A stretch of 64,000 bases of DNA from an uncultured delta proteobacterium (GCA_963804955.1 CAWDSQ010000014.1:96001-160000); one strand, 5' to 3'; positions 1-10,078 are shown, numbered from the stretch's first letter. Translations and numbers: made by a program. The notes: generated from the sequence alone by a model not told the origin.

Positions 1-333
1 ATCTGGCAATGCAGTGATGCGGTTGTGACAAACGACCTGTTAACGGCGCTTATCGTTATTGAATCAGGAGCCGACCAGAAGGCCGTAAGTCCGCACGGAG
101 CCCTCGGCCTTACGCAGATCATGCCCGGTCATTGGCCATATGAACATAATGAGCTTCGCGATCCCTATAAAAATATCGAGGCGGGCGCAGCAATACTGCG
201 GCAGTATGTTCAGCGCCATGGGCTGATAGGCGGCCTGCGAGCTTACAACTGCGGAACCTCCAGCAACCCCCCTGGCGACTCCTCTATGAAATATGCAAAA
301 AAAATACTGCAAACGGCCGAAAACCATTTTTGA
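1..333 (+). CDS. Lytic transglycosylase (SLT domain), 5'-truncated by the window edge
   Basis: Frame open from base 1; motifs IVIESG, A-x-S-x-x-GA-x-GL-x-QIMP, NIEAG and AYN typical of SLT domains. Confidence 0.85.
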   Translation: MWQCSDAVVTNDLLTALIVIESGADQKAVSPHGALGLTQIMPGHWPYEHNELRDPYKNIEAGAAILRQYVQRHGLIGGLRAYNCGTSSNPPGDSSMKYAKKILQTAENHF

Positions 334-637
334 CAGGCGTGCTCATTCTTCCCTCAACAAGGCGCATGCCTTGTCACTGTGCCCCCCACAGGGGCACTCC
401 AGTGGCGCTGCCATGCCTACCTGCAAGTCGCGTTAAGCGCTTACCCATGCGCAGAAAGCTCACGTAAAAAAACCTGCGATTCGATCGTCGCCAGACAGAG
501 AAACTATGTGCGTAGCGGGTGCAGGGACCTGGTACAACAGGCCTTTGACTGAAGGCTCAGAGTCCAACCTTCCTGAAAGCAGCACGACTGTTTTCGGGCT
601 TTGGCGCTTAGCCACTCAAGGACGAAACCGAAAATAC

Positions 638-667
638 TTGACAAATAACGTGAATACGTTTTATAAG
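638..667 (+). promoter_or_regulatory. Putative sigma70 promoter upstream of the PxxKW gene
   Basis: TTGACA (638-643), 18 nt, TATAAG (662-667). Confidence 0.5.
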
Positions 668-677
668 TTAAATTGCG

Positions 678-711
678 GATCGGACTGTGATTGAACAGTC
701 CGATCTTTTTT
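678..711 (+). terminator. Intrinsic terminator-like hairpin in the PxxKW upstream region
   Basis: 11-bp perfect stem GATCGGACTGT/ACAGTCCGATC followed by T6. Confidence 0.65.
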
Positions 712-779
712 ACGCGGCACCGGTCGCTCCTCTCGCTGAGGGGTGAACCATGATCAGATGAAAGGAGGTTTTTAGCACT

Positions 780-1061
780 ATGATTTGTCAAACAACCAAG
801 CAGGGCGTCGAATGCTTCTTCATGAGCAAATCGGGCTGCACCTATAACGGGGGCACCTGTGTTCAAATTATCGCCCAGTGTGAAGGCTGCGAAAAAATCA
901 AAGATTTCCCGTCCGGCAAATTCTGCCTGGCATATCCGCAGCCCGACCTTAAGTGGAAAAACGGAAACTGCAACTTCGCCAGTCACATAAAACGCGAAGT
1001 CAAACAGGACAAAATCGTCAACGCACTCAAGGCATCCAAGAGAAAAGCTGCTGGAAAATAA
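780..1061 (+). CDS. PxxKW-family cysteine-rich small protein
   Basis: 93 aa, 8 Cys, PDLKW motif, basic C-terminus NALKASKR; SD AAAGGAGG at 761-768. Confidence 0.85.
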   Translation: MICQTTKQGVECFFMSKSGCTYNGGTCVQIIAQCEGCEKIKDFPSGKFCLAYPQPDLKWKNGNCNFASHIKREVKQDKIVNALKASKRKAAGK

Positions 1062-1084
1062 AAAATCACCTGCCATGCACTCAC

Positions 1085-1118
1085 AGCCGGACGGGCTTGC
1101 CCGGGCCGGCTTTTTTTT
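1085..1118 (+). terminator. Intrinsic terminator after the PxxKW gene
   Basis: GC-rich imperfect hairpin (GCCGG...CCGGC) followed by a T run. Confidence 0.65.
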
Positions 1119-1330
1119 GCCCTGCACAGCAAAAAACCCCGACAGCTTGTACCATGCAGCACACACTGCTGCAGCAACGGTGCGCGCCTCTCATGGGAGC
1201 GCATCTCCTGGGAGCTGTAAAAATTAATATTTCACAAGCACTCCGTTCGGCAATTGCATCCTTCACGCCGGCTTGAAATAACAGGCTTCATGTTCTCTGT
1301 TCGGCAGAAGGATTATGCTCATGATCAACC

Positions 1331-1374
1331 AAAGAGAAGGCCCCTTCGTATGCGGAAGGGGCCTTCTCTTGTTT
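1331..1374 (-). terminator. Terminator downstream of etfA
   Basis: Inverted repeat AAGAGAAGGCCCCTTC / GAAGGGGCCTTCTCTT. Confidence 0.7.
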
Positions 1375-1396
1375 ACGTATAAAAAAGCAGGGCTGT

Positions 1397-2386
1397 TTAT
1401 TCAGCCATAAGCTTTTTAACTTCGGCGGTCAGGGCAGGCACGACCTTAAAAAGGTCATCGATCACGCCATAATCGCATTTGGTGAAAATAGGCGCTTCTG
1501 AATCCTTGTTGATTGCAACAATCATCTTTGAGGTTCCCATGCCGGCATAATGCTGGATTGCGCCGGAAATACCGCAGGCGATATACAGATTGGGAGAAAC
1601 GACCTTGCCTGTCTGGCCGACCTGGTCGGACAGGGGGCGCCAGCCTGCATCGACTGCCGCGCGTGATGCGCCAACTGTAGCGCCGATAACAGCTGCCAGC
1701 TCTTCGATCATTGCATAATTTTCCGGGCCCTTCATGCCGCGGCCGCCGGAGACGATGCGCTCGGCTTCGGTAAGGTCAACCTTGCCGGCTGCGGTTTTAA
1801 CGACTTCGAGGACCTTCACGCGGATATCGCCGGCTGCAAGTTCGGGGGCCACCGTAACGACTTCAGCCGTGCGGGCCGCATCAGGAGCAGCAGCCACCAG
1901 CACATTGGGCCGAAAAGACGCCATGCTGATATCGGTGTTCTGGAAAGTGACTTCAGCATAGACTTTGCCGGAATACATGGGCCGCCGCACGACAACCTTG
2001 TCGCCGTCAAGCTTAATATCGACGCAGTCGGCTGCAAGGCCGGCATTCACGCGGGCCGCAACTTTCGGCGCCAGATCCTTGCCCATTACTGTTGCGCCAA
2101 AAAACACCATGGAGGGCTGCTCCTTGGCAATAAGATCGGCAAGCGCCTTTGCATAGGCGTCGGTGGTGTACTGGCCAAGTAGGTCATGGCTCACCATATA
2201 GGCCTTGTCTGCACCATAGGGGGCAAACCTGTCGGCAAGAGCGGCTATATCTTTGCCGAGGCATACGGCAGCAAGCTGCTCGCCTTTGGCATCTGCTATT
2301 TTACGGACATTGCTCAATATTTCAAAGGTAACCTTTCTTACCTTACCGTCTTCCTGCTCGGCAAAAACCCAAATTCCTTTTCCCAT
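1397..2386 (-). CDS. etfA: Electron transfer flavoprotein alpha subunit
   Basis: VSGGRG, GASRAAVDAGW, QVGQTGK, LYIACGISGAIQH and AINKD motifs. Confidence 0.96.
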   Translation of the reverse strand: MGKGIWVFAEQEDGKVRKVTFEILSNVRKIADAKGEQLAAVCLGKDIAALADRFAPYGADKAYMVSHDLLGQYTTDAYAKALADLIAKEQPSMVFFGATVMGKDLAPKVAARVNAGLAADCVDIKLDGDKVVVRRPMYSGKVYAEVTFQNTDISMASFRPNVLVAAAPDAARTAEVVTVAPELAAGDIRVKVLEVVKTAAGKVDLTEAERIVSGGRGMKGPENYAMIEELAAVIGATVGASRAAVDAGWRPLSDQVGQTGKVVSPNLYIACGISGAIQHYAGMGTSKMIVAINKDSEAPIFTKCDYGVIDDLFKVVPALTAEVKKLMAE

Positions 2387-2429
2387 TGTTTCTTTCTCCT
2401 TTTATTTAAAATAAGTTAATGTCGCCGGA

Positions 2430-3230
2430 TTAGATGGCCTTGGCATCTTCGCGAAGAGCCTTGGCAAGGGCTGCCGCCTTTTCTTCAGCGCTCTCGCCCT
2501 GAATGATCTTGGCTGCCGTGCGTGCCGGAGGAAGGGTGAAATTGATGCCCTTGGTCTTTGCGCCTGCGGCGCCCGCGGTTGCTGGATCTATGCCGATATC
2601 GCCGGCCTTAACCGGGGTAAGGGGCTTCTTTTTGGCTTTCATAATGCCGGGAAGCGAGGCATAGCGGGGCTCGTTCAAGCCCTTCGGTGCGGTCAGCACT
2701 GCAGGCAGGGGCACTTCGATTATTTCTTCGCCGCCCACGATCTGGCGATTGACCTTCGCGCTCTTCTTATCGGCCGCAACTTCAACCTTTATAACGAGAG
2801 AAACATGGGGTATCCCGAGATTTTCAGCAAGAGCGACACCAACCTGGCTCTGGTCGTCATCAATTGCCTGCTTGCCGCAGAAAATCACGTCATAGTCACC
2901 AATTTTTTTGATCTGGGCTGCAAGAGCCTTTGCCGTTGCCTGGGGATCGCTGCCTTCAAAGGCCGCATCGTCAAGATGGTAGGCATCATCGGCGCCCATG
3001 GCAAGGCCTGTTCGGATAGACTCAACGCAGCGCGCCGGGCCGAGGCACACCAGCGATACCTTGCCGGCGCCCATCTTTTCCTTCATGCGCAGAGCTTCCT
3101 CAATCCCGAATTCATCATAGGGGCTGATGATAAACTTTACGCCGTCCAGAACGACATCGGTACCATCGGATTTAACCCGGATCTGTGCTTCTGTGTCAGG
3201 CACTTGTTTCATGCATACTATACTGTTCAC
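2430..3230 (-). CDS. etfB: Electron transfer flavoprotein beta subunit
   Basis: CMKQVPD, GKQAIDDD and EPRYASLPGIMKAKKK motifs; directly upstream of etfA. Confidence 0.96.
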   Translation of the reverse strand: MNSIVCMKQVPDTEAQIRVKSDGTDVVLDGVKFIISPYDEFGIEEALRMKEKMGAGKVSLVCLGPARCVESIRTGLAMGADDAYHLDDAAFEGSDPQATAKALAAQIKKIGDYDVIFCGKQAIDDDQSQVGVALAENLGIPHVSLVIKVEVAADKKSAKVNRQIVGGEEIIEVPLPAVLTAPKGLNEPRYASLPGIMKAKKKPLTPVKAGDIGIDPATAGAAGAKTKGINFTLPPARTAAKIIQGESAEEKAAALAKALREDAKAI

Positions 3231-3400
3231 GTTGTCCTCCCTAAAGCTAGATTGTTAACGATAAGCCTAAGATTACAAGCTTCAATGGCAATTCAAAAGA
3301 TTTATTAGTAACATAGTCAATTTTAGCGGTCAAGAAAATTTTCAGCCCAGCATTTGTCACCGACGCTTCTTATGTGAAAAATTGATAAAACGTCTTCATG

Positions 3401-3620
3401 AAGGGGGGGATTTGGCAGCCGGTCCCGGTCAATTGCTAAGGGTAACAATGAGGGGGATATTTGAGGTTGTTTTTTGTTGGGGCGAACGAAACCGGCTGCC
3501 AAAATTGTATTCACATTAATTAAAATTGAACTGTACACTTCTAAAAAAAGGGGGGGCTGGCAATCAAAATTAAGTGCTTTCAAGGGGGATACCAACATCG
3601 ATTTTTGATTGCCAGCTGCA
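3401..3620 (-). ncRNA. Candidate sigma54-dependent sRNA(s): two tandem C-rich stem-loop units
   Basis: Perfect stems 3556-3569/3603-3616 (14 bp) and 3411-3423/3491-3503 (13 bp); each encloses ATCCCCCT and is followed by a C run plus TT on the minus strand; predicted TSS ~3620. Confidence 0.55.
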
Positions 3621-3630
3621 CACTAATCTT

Positions 3631-3646
3631 TGCAATCCTTATGCCA
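3631..3646 (-). promoter_or_regulatory. Sigma54 (-24/-12) promoter
   Basis: Minus strand TGGCATAAGGATTGCA matches TGGCA(C/T)-N5-TTGC; IHF-like TAACCGCTTGAA at 3674-3685. Confidence 0.8.
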
Positions 3647-3753
3647 CACCAGAAGAAGAAAACTTGTGCTGGTTAACCGCTTGAAAAACTTTTCTTATTT
3701 TTTATTTTTCGAAAAAATTCTATGCAGCACACCCTCTTTTTTGCCTTAATAAA

Positions 3754-3808
3754 TTGCCAGATTGGCAAAACAGTTGAAATTTCCTAAAAGCAGAGTAAAG
3801 ATTGGCAA
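3754..3808. promoter_or_regulatory. Putative enhancer (UAS) for the adjacent NtrC-type activator
   Basis: Palindrome TTGCCA-GAT-TGGCAA (3754-3768) plus repeated half-site AGATTGGCAA (3799-3808), 110-160 bp upstream of the sigma54 site. Confidence 0.55.
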
Positions 3809-3862
3809 GAGGTTATTGCTAACATGCCCGGGAAGGAGGGTTTATCATAGACGGAGAATCGC

Positions 3863-4051
3863 TAGAGCATTTATTCTTTATTTTGTAGCCATATTTTCCA
3901 TATATGGCATTCCCGTTCGTGGTGAGCTGAGTTGACGGGGTCGAACCATGAACGGAAAGTCGGCCCTTCGACAGGCTCAGGGCGAACGGATAGGAGTTTC
4001 TTTTTCGGAAAATATTTTTTTGCAGGCTACAGTATTTAGAAAAATACTCTA
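3863..4051. mobile_element. MITE-like element containing a REP-type repeat
   Basis: Imperfect terminal IRs TAGAGCATTT...TGTAGCC / GGCTACA...AAATACTCTA; internal repeat CCGTTCGTGGTGAG...CCCTTCGACAGGCTCAGGGCGAACGG also found inverted at 17152-17242. Confidence 0.55.
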
Positions 4052-4120
4052 AAAAACTGAGCTGCTGCGACAGGAAAATGTCAAACGGGCCACATTTCTG
4101 ACAGGCAGTCAGCTGGCGCT

Positions 4121-5530
4121 TCAGGCTTCCGGCTCATCATCGCTGTCCGGGACCTCTTCTGCATCCATCTTCCGATACAGCGTACGGGTGGAGATGCCCA
4201 GTATTTTTGAAGCGATATTTTTATTGCCTCGTGACTGTTTCAGTGTTTCCTCCATGACGATCTTTTCAATATCTTTCAGGGGAATTCTGCCGATGGGGAT
4301 ATTGAGAACCCGCAGGCCCGAGGACACATCTTCCGCGTTTTTTGATACGCTCAGTATATCCTCGGGAAGATCGGCTGGCGTAATGCATGACTCACGGGTA
4401 AGCACGACAGCCCGCTCGATGGTGTTTTCGAGCTCCCGGACATTGCCCGGCCAGGGATACTTCATGAGAACCTCCATGGCCTCCTTTGCAATGCCCTCTA
4501 TGGCTCGTCCGTTCTTGGCGCAGTACATGCGTAAAAAATAGTTTGCGAGCAGCGGGATATCGTCCTTGCGCTCCCGAAGAGCAGGCAGCTGAATATTGAT
4601 GACATTGAGCCGGTAATAGAGATCCTCCCGGAACTGCTTCTTCTCAACAAGTTTTTTAAGCTGTGCATTGGTTGCGGCAATCACCCTGACATCGGCCACA
4701 AATGTCTTCCCGCCGCCCAGCCGCTCAAACTCGCCGCTCTGCAGGACGCGCAAAAGCTTCACCTGTACGGAAGGGTTTATATCGCCGATCTCATCGAGAA
4801 AAAGCGTTCCGCCGTGAGCAAGCTCAAAGCGCCCTTCCCTCCGGCTGATGGCGCCGGTAAAAGCTCCTTTTTCATAGCCGAAAAGCTCCGCTTCAAGAAG
4901 GGTCTCCGGCAGCGCAGCGCAGCTGACCTTGACGAAATTTTTTTCACTGCGCGGGCTCAGCTGGTGAATGGCATTGGCAATCACTTCCTTGCCCACGCCG
5001 CTTTCTCCCGTAATCAGAACTGTTGCCGTGCTGGGAGCCACCTGTGCGGACAGCTCCATGACCTTGCGCATAACAAGGCTTTTGCCCACCACATTTTCAG
5101 AGCCCTGAATGTTTTTAATACGATCGTGCAAACTCTTGTTTTCAAGCACAAGCGACCGTTTTTCGAAGGCATTCTTGATGCTTTTAATCACCGTAACCTT
5201 GTTGAAGGGTTTCTGGATAAAATCAAAGGCCCCGTCCTTCATGACATCGACCGCCACATCAACCGTGCCGTGGCCCGTAATAAGAATTACCTCGATTGCG
5301 GGTGAAATTGTTTTTGCTATTTTCAACAGCTCTGCCCCGTCCACCCTGGGCATCTTGAGATCGGTCACCACCACCCCCACCTCGTTTTTCTGCAGCACGC
5401 GCACGGCATCTTCCCCATCGGCGGCAGCCAGCACTTGAAAACCCTCTTTTGACAAAATTTTTGAAAGCGCGTCCCGTATGCCCGGCGTATCGTCAACAAC
5501 CAGAACAACATTATCTCCGGAAAAATCCAC
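4121..5530 (-). CDS. Sigma54-dependent response regulator (NtrC/AtoC family: REC-AAA+-Fis HTH)
   Basis: Receiver DD/D/K residues, GESGVGKE, GAFTGA, LFLDEIG, WPGNVREL and C-terminal HTH; start set at GTG 5530 after GGAGG. Confidence 0.95.
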   Translation of the reverse strand: MDFSGDNVVLVVDDTPGIRDALSKILSKEGFQVLAAADGEDAVRVLQKNEVGVVVTDLKMPRVDGAELLKIAKTISPAIEVILITGHGTVDVAVDVMKDGAFDFIQKPFNKVTVIKSIKNAFEKRSLVLENKSLHDRIKNIQGSENVVGKSLVMRKVMELSAQVAPSTATVLITGESGVGKEVIANAIHQLSPRSEKNFVKVSCAALPETLLEAELFGYEKGAFTGAISRREGRFELAHGGTLFLDEIGDINPSVQVKLLRVLQSGEFERLGGGKTFVADVRVIAATNAQLKKLVEKKQFREDLYYRLNVINIQLPALRERKDDIPLLANYFLRMYCAKNGRAIEGIAKEAMEVLMKYPWPGNVRELENTIERAVVLTRESCITPADLPEDILSVSKNAEDVSSGLRVLNIPIGRIPLKDIEKIVMEETLKQSRGNKNIASKILGISTRTLYRKMDAEEVPDSDDEPEA

Positions 5531-5738
5531 CTTGAACCTCCATTGCACCAACAGCTTTCAAGAAACTGCCGCGCTGCAGCATTCACCGAATGTCCACGCC
5601 AGATTGCCAGCTTTTCGAAAAAAATGCGGCTCCTGCTGCAGGCTCTGTCGATAAAAACGTATTGGGCGCATCCGACTGCACCCGAGCAGAGTGCCTGCAC
5701 AAGCTCCGTCCAAACCCTTAATGGTATATCCTCCAGCA

Positions 5739-7808
5739 TTAAACCGTCTCTGCCGGAAACTCATCAGCCCCATCCTGCCACACAGGCAGTCGCACCGTAA
5801 ACCGGGTGCCCTGGCCGGGCTCACTGTCGCAGAGGATCACACCTTTGTGTTCTGCAATGATGTGCTGGGTGATCGAAAGCCCAAGCCCCGTACCGCCGCT
5901 TTTCGTCGTATAAAAGGGGGTAAAAATACGCTCGAGCTGATCTGGCGGCATGCCGGAACCGGAATCGGCAAACAAAATCTCAATCCAGGGCTGCGTCAGG
6001 CGGGTGGCCACCTCTATTGTGCCGCCAGCAGGCATTGCCTCAATGGCATTGCGCGCCAGATTGAGAAAAGCGCGATGCATATGATCCTTGTCAAGTGCTG
6101 CAGCAGGCAAATTATATTCAAAGGTTGTTTTAAAAAGAATCTTGCGATGCCGGAACTCCTCCTCGAGAAACGCGAAAAGATCTTCTATCACCATGTTGAC
6201 ATCCTGCTTTGCAGGCTGGATTTTCGGAAAACGGGTGCATTCCAGATACTCCCGCAGCACCTTATGCAGGCTCTCGATCTCATTCTTGATCGTCACGATC
6301 AGTTCCTTGGCCTCAACGGCTTCCGGCGCCTGATACCCGCTGATGGCGTCATCGAGCAGGTCTATATTAAGCGTCAGCGACCCGAGCGGATTTCTGATCT
6401 CATGGGCCACCTGGGCCGACATTTTTACAATCATTGACTTGCGCTCATGCTGCAGAAGCTCACTGCGCAGGGCCATTTCGCCCGTGACGTCTTTCACATA
6501 CTCAACCACGCGCATGGTCCGGCCATCTTCGTCCTTGAGCGGAAAAGCCGTAAGATGAAAATAAAACTTTTTGCCGCCCAGAGTTGTGCTCACGCGTTCG
6601 CGAAAAACGGGCCTGCCCGTATCAAAGGCTTCATGGGCCGGGCATCCCTGGCACAGGCTGCTCTGCTGCTGAAACACCTCGTAGCAGGGCTTGCCTCTGA
6701 ACAGCTCCATGGGCTTGTTATGCCATTGGGAAATTGCCTTGTTCACCATGAGCACGCGGTAATCGCGATCAATAATGGAGATGCCATCGGTGATGCCGTC
6801 GATGACCTCGTGGCTCCAGGCTATCTCCTGAGCGGCTATGCGCTTGCGCTTTTCCTGGGCCGAAAGAAAAAACGCGCCGACTACCAGCACCGCTAAAAAG
6901 CCGCAAATAAATATCAGCGGGCCCATGAGGCTTTCCATAAGCGGCGACATCGCTTCCCGGTAGGGCGCGGCAACGCCAATGGACCAGAGCAGGCCGTTGA
7001 ATTTTATGGGGGCATAGGCTATGAGCTTTTTTGTCAGCTGCTTCTCACCGATATGCCAGCCCGTATATTCGCCTTTGCCTTCAACGCCCTTGACCATTTC
7101 CCGGTCTATCAGGGTCTCAAGATTGAAAGAGGTGTTTTCCGGCCAAAGCTCTTTGAGCAGCCCGGCAACTTTTTTCCCCTCCATGGCTTTATTGGGATGG
7201 GCAAGCAGAACGCCCCGGTTGTCGATCATCCAGGCATAGCCGGTTTTCCCCGATTTTATGGGATAAATAAATTCATCCTTGAGCGCCGAAAAATTGACCA
7301 GGCAGCACATCCACTGGCTTTTGCCTCGCACCGGCACCCCCATGATAAATGACCTGCCGCCATTGCCGGAGGTGGCTTCAATAAAATCAGAAATAAAGAC
7401 CTGCTGTTGCGCGGATACAGCCTGAAATAAAAGCTTCTGAAGATTAGCCTGATCAAAATGTGCAGTAAACTGCGGCGGGTGCATATGGATTATGCCGCCG
7501 TCCTGAGAAATCAGAAAAAGCGCCTGCATGAGCTGCGGCTGGCGCAAAAAAAACGGGGCAAGGGTTTTGGGGTCGGGATACAGGCCGTAGGTGTCTGCTG
7601 CCGTGTTCAGGCTTATCTGTATGCCCTGTATGAAATTTTCAATACCGCGGGCTGACTCCCGTACCAGAAAAAGCTGCTGCCGGTTGAAGGCTTCGGCAGT
7701 ATTGCTGACAATCACATGCCGGCTCACAAACGCCACGGCTAGCACGCCCGCAATAACCACTGCGGCAATGACCCATATTCTTGCAACAGAAGGCACATAT
7801 CCCTTCAT
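5739..7808 (-). CDS. Membrane sensor histidine kinase (TM-Cache-TM-PAS-HisKA-HATPase)
   Basis: Two TM segments, Cache-like GYAWMIDNRGVLLAHP, PAS, H-box AHEIRNPL, N box NAIEAM, G boxes DSGSG and GTGLGL. Confidence 0.93.
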   Translation of the reverse strand: MKGYVPSVARIWVIAAVVIAGVLAVAFVSRHVIVSNTAEAFNRQQLFLVRESARGIENFIQGIQISLNTAADTYGLYPDPKTLAPFFLRQPQLMQALFLISQDGGIIHMHPPQFTAHFDQANLQKLLFQAVSAQQQVFISDFIEATSGNGGRSFIMGVPVRGKSQWMCCLVNFSALKDEFIYPIKSGKTGYAWMIDNRGVLLAHPNKAMEGKKVAGLLKELWPENTSFNLETLIDREMVKGVEGKGEYTGWHIGEKQLTKKLIAYAPIKFNGLLWSIGVAAPYREAMSPLMESLMGPLIFICGFLAVLVVGAFFLSAQEKRKRIAAQEIAWSHEVIDGITDGISIIDRDYRVLMVNKAISQWHNKPMELFRGKPCYEVFQQQSSLCQGCPAHEAFDTGRPVFRERVSTTLGGKKFYFHLTAFPLKDEDGRTMRVVEYVKDVTGEMALRSELLQHERKSMIVKMSAQVAHEIRNPLGSLTLNIDLLDDAISGYQAPEAVEAKELIVTIKNEIESLHKVLREYLECTRFPKIQPAKQDVNMVIEDLFAFLEEEFRHRKILFKTTFEYNLPAAALDKDHMHRAFLNLARNAIEAMPAGGTIEVATRLTQPWIEILFADSGSGMPPDQLERIFTPFYTTKSGGTGLGLSITQHIIAEHKGVILCDSEPGQGTRFTVRLPVWQDGADEFPAETV

Positions 7809-7836
7809 TAATTCCTCTCACTGAATATCCAGTTTA

Positions 7837-7865
7837 ATAGTAGTGAAAAGTAACGGAAAAAGCAA
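7837..7865 (-). promoter_or_regulatory. Putative sigma70 promoter of the kinase/regulator operon
   Basis: Minus strand TTGCTT, 17 nt, TACTAT. Confidence 0.45.
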
Positions 7866-7905
7866 GAAACCAAAAAGGGGGGATTTGTCTTTGCTGCATG
7901 GCGAT

Positions 7906-7945
7906 AAAAAGGCTTATGGCCGGGTTGCCCCGGCCATAAGCCTTT
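7906..7945 (-). terminator. Intrinsic terminator of acs
   Basis: Perfect IR AAAGGCTTATGGCCGGG / CCCGGCCATAAGCCTTT with a T run on the minus strand. Confidence 0.8.
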
Positions 7946-7976
7946 ATGAAGCGTGAAACCATGCCGGAAGCAGGTA

Positions 7977-9950
7977 TTACTGCTTGTTCTTTTTCAGATC
8001 TTCCACAACAGCGGGATCGGCCAGCGTTGAGGTATCGCCCATATCGTCAAACTGACCGGCGGCGATCTTCTTCAGGATGCGGCGCATGATCTTGCCGGAG
8101 CGGGTCTTCGGGAGGCCATCCGCCCACTGAATCTTGTCGGGCGTGGCGATGGGGCCGATTTCCTTGCGCACATGGGCGACCAGCTCCTTCTTCAGAGCAT
8201 CGGTCTTCTCGACGCCCACGTTCAGGGTGACATAGGCATAGATGCCTTCGCCCTTGATCTCATGGGGAAAGCCGACAACCGCGGCTTCGGCAACCTTCGG
8301 GTGAGCAACCAGCGCGCTTTCGACTTCGGCGGTACCCATGCGGTGGCCGGAAACATTGATAACGTCGTCCAGACGGCCCATGAGGAAGTAGTCGCCGTCG
8401 GCATCCCTGCGGGCGCCGTCGCCGGTGTAGTACTTGCCCGGGAACTGGGTGAAATAGGTATCTTTGAACCGCTGATGATCGCCGTACACAGTGCGCATCA
8501 TGCCGGGCCATGCCTTCTCAACGCAGAGATAGCCGCCTTCATTCACATCGGCTTCGCTCTTGCCGTCTTCGCGCAGAATAACGGGCTTGATGCCGAAGAA
8601 GGGGCGGTTGGCTGAGCCGGGCTTGATCTTCATGGCGCCGGGGATCGGGGTGATAAGGAATCCGCCGGTCTCGGTCTGCCAGTAGGTGTCGACGATCGGG
8701 CAGCGGCCTCCGCCGATTTTGTTGTAGTACCACATCCATGCTTCGGGATTGATGGGCTCGCCCACGGTGCCGAGAATGCGGAGGCTGGAAAGATCGATGC
8801 CTTCAACCCACTGGTCGCCCTGTGCGGCAATGGCGCGGATGGCGGTGGGGGCGGTGTAGAACTGGTTGACCTTGTACTTCTCGACGATCTTCCAGAAGCG
8901 TGAATAATCAGGATAGCTCGGTACGCCTTCAAACATAACGCTGGCTGCGCCGTTTGCAAGGGGGCCGTAGACGATATAGCTGTGGCCGGTGACCCAGCCG
9001 ATGTCGGCCGTGCACCAGAAGGTGTCTTCTTCCTTCAGGTCAAAAACATACTTCAGCGTGGTTGCGGCATACAGCAGATAGCCTGCCGTGGTGTGGCAGG
9101 CGCCCTTGGGCTGGCCGGTGGAGCCGGAGGTGTACAGAATAAAGAGAGGATCTTCCGCGTCCATCCACTCGGGCTCGCAATATGCAGGCAGGCCCTTGGC
9201 ATTCATTTCCTCATTCCACCAGATATCGCGGCCTTCTTTCATGGTGACGGCTGCGCCCGTGCGCTTTACGATAATCGAGGTCTTTACCGTGGGGCAGGAT
9301 TCCAGTGCCTTGTCGGCATTGCCCTTCAGGTCGACCGACTTGCCGGAGCGGTAGGAAGCGTCGCTGGTGATGAGCACCGTTGCTTCGGAGCCCTGAATTC
9401 TGTCGCGGAGCGCGTCTGCGCTGAAGCCGCCGAAGACGATGGCATGGATGGCGCCGATGCGTGCGCAGGCAAGCATGGCGATGGGAAGCTCGGGAATCAT
9501 GGGCAGATAGATAACAACGCGGTCGCCCTTCTTGACGCCCTGTTTCTTGAGCACATTGGCGAACTTGTTCACTTCCGTGTACAGTTCGATATAGGTATAG
9601 GTGCGTGCTTCATCAACGGGCTCGCCCTGCCACATGAGAGCGGCCTTGTTCTTGCGGGCCGTCTTGATGTGCCGGTCAAGGCAGTTGTAGGAGACGTTCA
9701 GCTTGCCGCCCTTGAACCAGGCGATATTTGCTTCCGTAAGATCGGCCTCAACAACCTTGTCCCACTTTTTGAAAAACTCGATGTTCTCGTCTGCCATTTT
9801 GGCCCAGAATGTATCGGGGCTTTCAATAGACTCTTTGTACATTGCCTCGTACTGGGCCATGCTCTTGATGTGGGCCTTCTCGGCCAGTTCCTTGGGAACG
9901 TCGAAAACTTTTCCCAGCTGTGCAAGTGATTGCATTTTCTGTTCTGCCAT
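7977..9950 (-). CDS. acs: Acetyl-CoA synthetase (AMP-forming)
   Basis: [33 protein letters not shown] and [12 protein letters not shown] motifs; 657 aa. Confidence 0.97.
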   Translation of the reverse strand: MAEQKMQSLAQLGKVFDVPKELAEKAHIKSMAQYEAMYKESIESPDTFWAKMADENIEFFKKWDKVVEADLTEANIAWFKGGKLNVSYNCLDRHIKTARKNKAALMWQGEPVDEARTYTYIELYTEVNKFANVLKKQGVKKGDRVVIYLPMIPELPIAMLACARIGAIHAIVFGGFSADALRDRIQGSEATVLITSDASYRSGKSVDLKGNADKALESCPTVKTSIIVKRTGAAVTMKEGRDIWWNEEMNAKGLPAYCEPEWMDAEDPLFILYTSGSTGQPKGACHTTAGYLLYAATTLKYVFDLKEEDTFWCTADIGWVTGHSYIVYGPLANGAASVMFEGVPSYPDYSRFWKIVEKYKVNQFYTAPTAIRAIAAQGDQWVEGIDLSSLRILGTVGEPINPEAWMWYYNKIGGGRCPIVDTYWQTETGGFLITPIPGAMKIKPGSANRPFFGIKPVILREDGKSEADVNEGGYLCVEKAWPGMMRTVYGDHQRFKDTYFTQFPGKYYTGDGARRDADGDYFLMGRLDDVINVSGHRMGTAEVESALVAHPKVAEAAVVGFPHEIKGEGIYAYVTLNVGVEKTDALKKELVAHVRKEIGPIATPDKIQWADGLPKTRSGKIMRRILKKIAAGQFDDMGDTSTLADPAVVEDLKKNKQ

Positions 9951-10062
9951 TTACTTCCTCCTTCTAACATTGTTTCTTGAAGTGTGATTAATAAGAAATG
10001 AAGCTAAAACAAACTTCCCCAAATTTATATAAATATAATTTCAAAGTTTAAGCTTTTTGACT

Positions 10063-10078
10063 ATCAAATAGTATGCCA
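10063..10078 (-). promoter_or_regulatory. Putative sigma54 promoter of acs (GA variant at -12)
   Basis: Minus strand TGGCATACTATTTGAT; upstream repeats TGTCA-CTT-TGTCA (10177-10189) and TGACA-TTC-TGGCA (10277-10289). Confidence 0.55.

Noticed and set aside
549..628. Hammerhead-ribozyme-like fragments (CTGAAG...GAGTCC...GGACGAAAC)
   Set aside because: The CUGANGA core is not adjacent to the putative stem II, and no stem III with an NUH site can be formed
8982..9929. 315-aa plus-strand ORF
   Set aside because: Antisense shadow of the GC3-rich acs gene with no recognisable motifs
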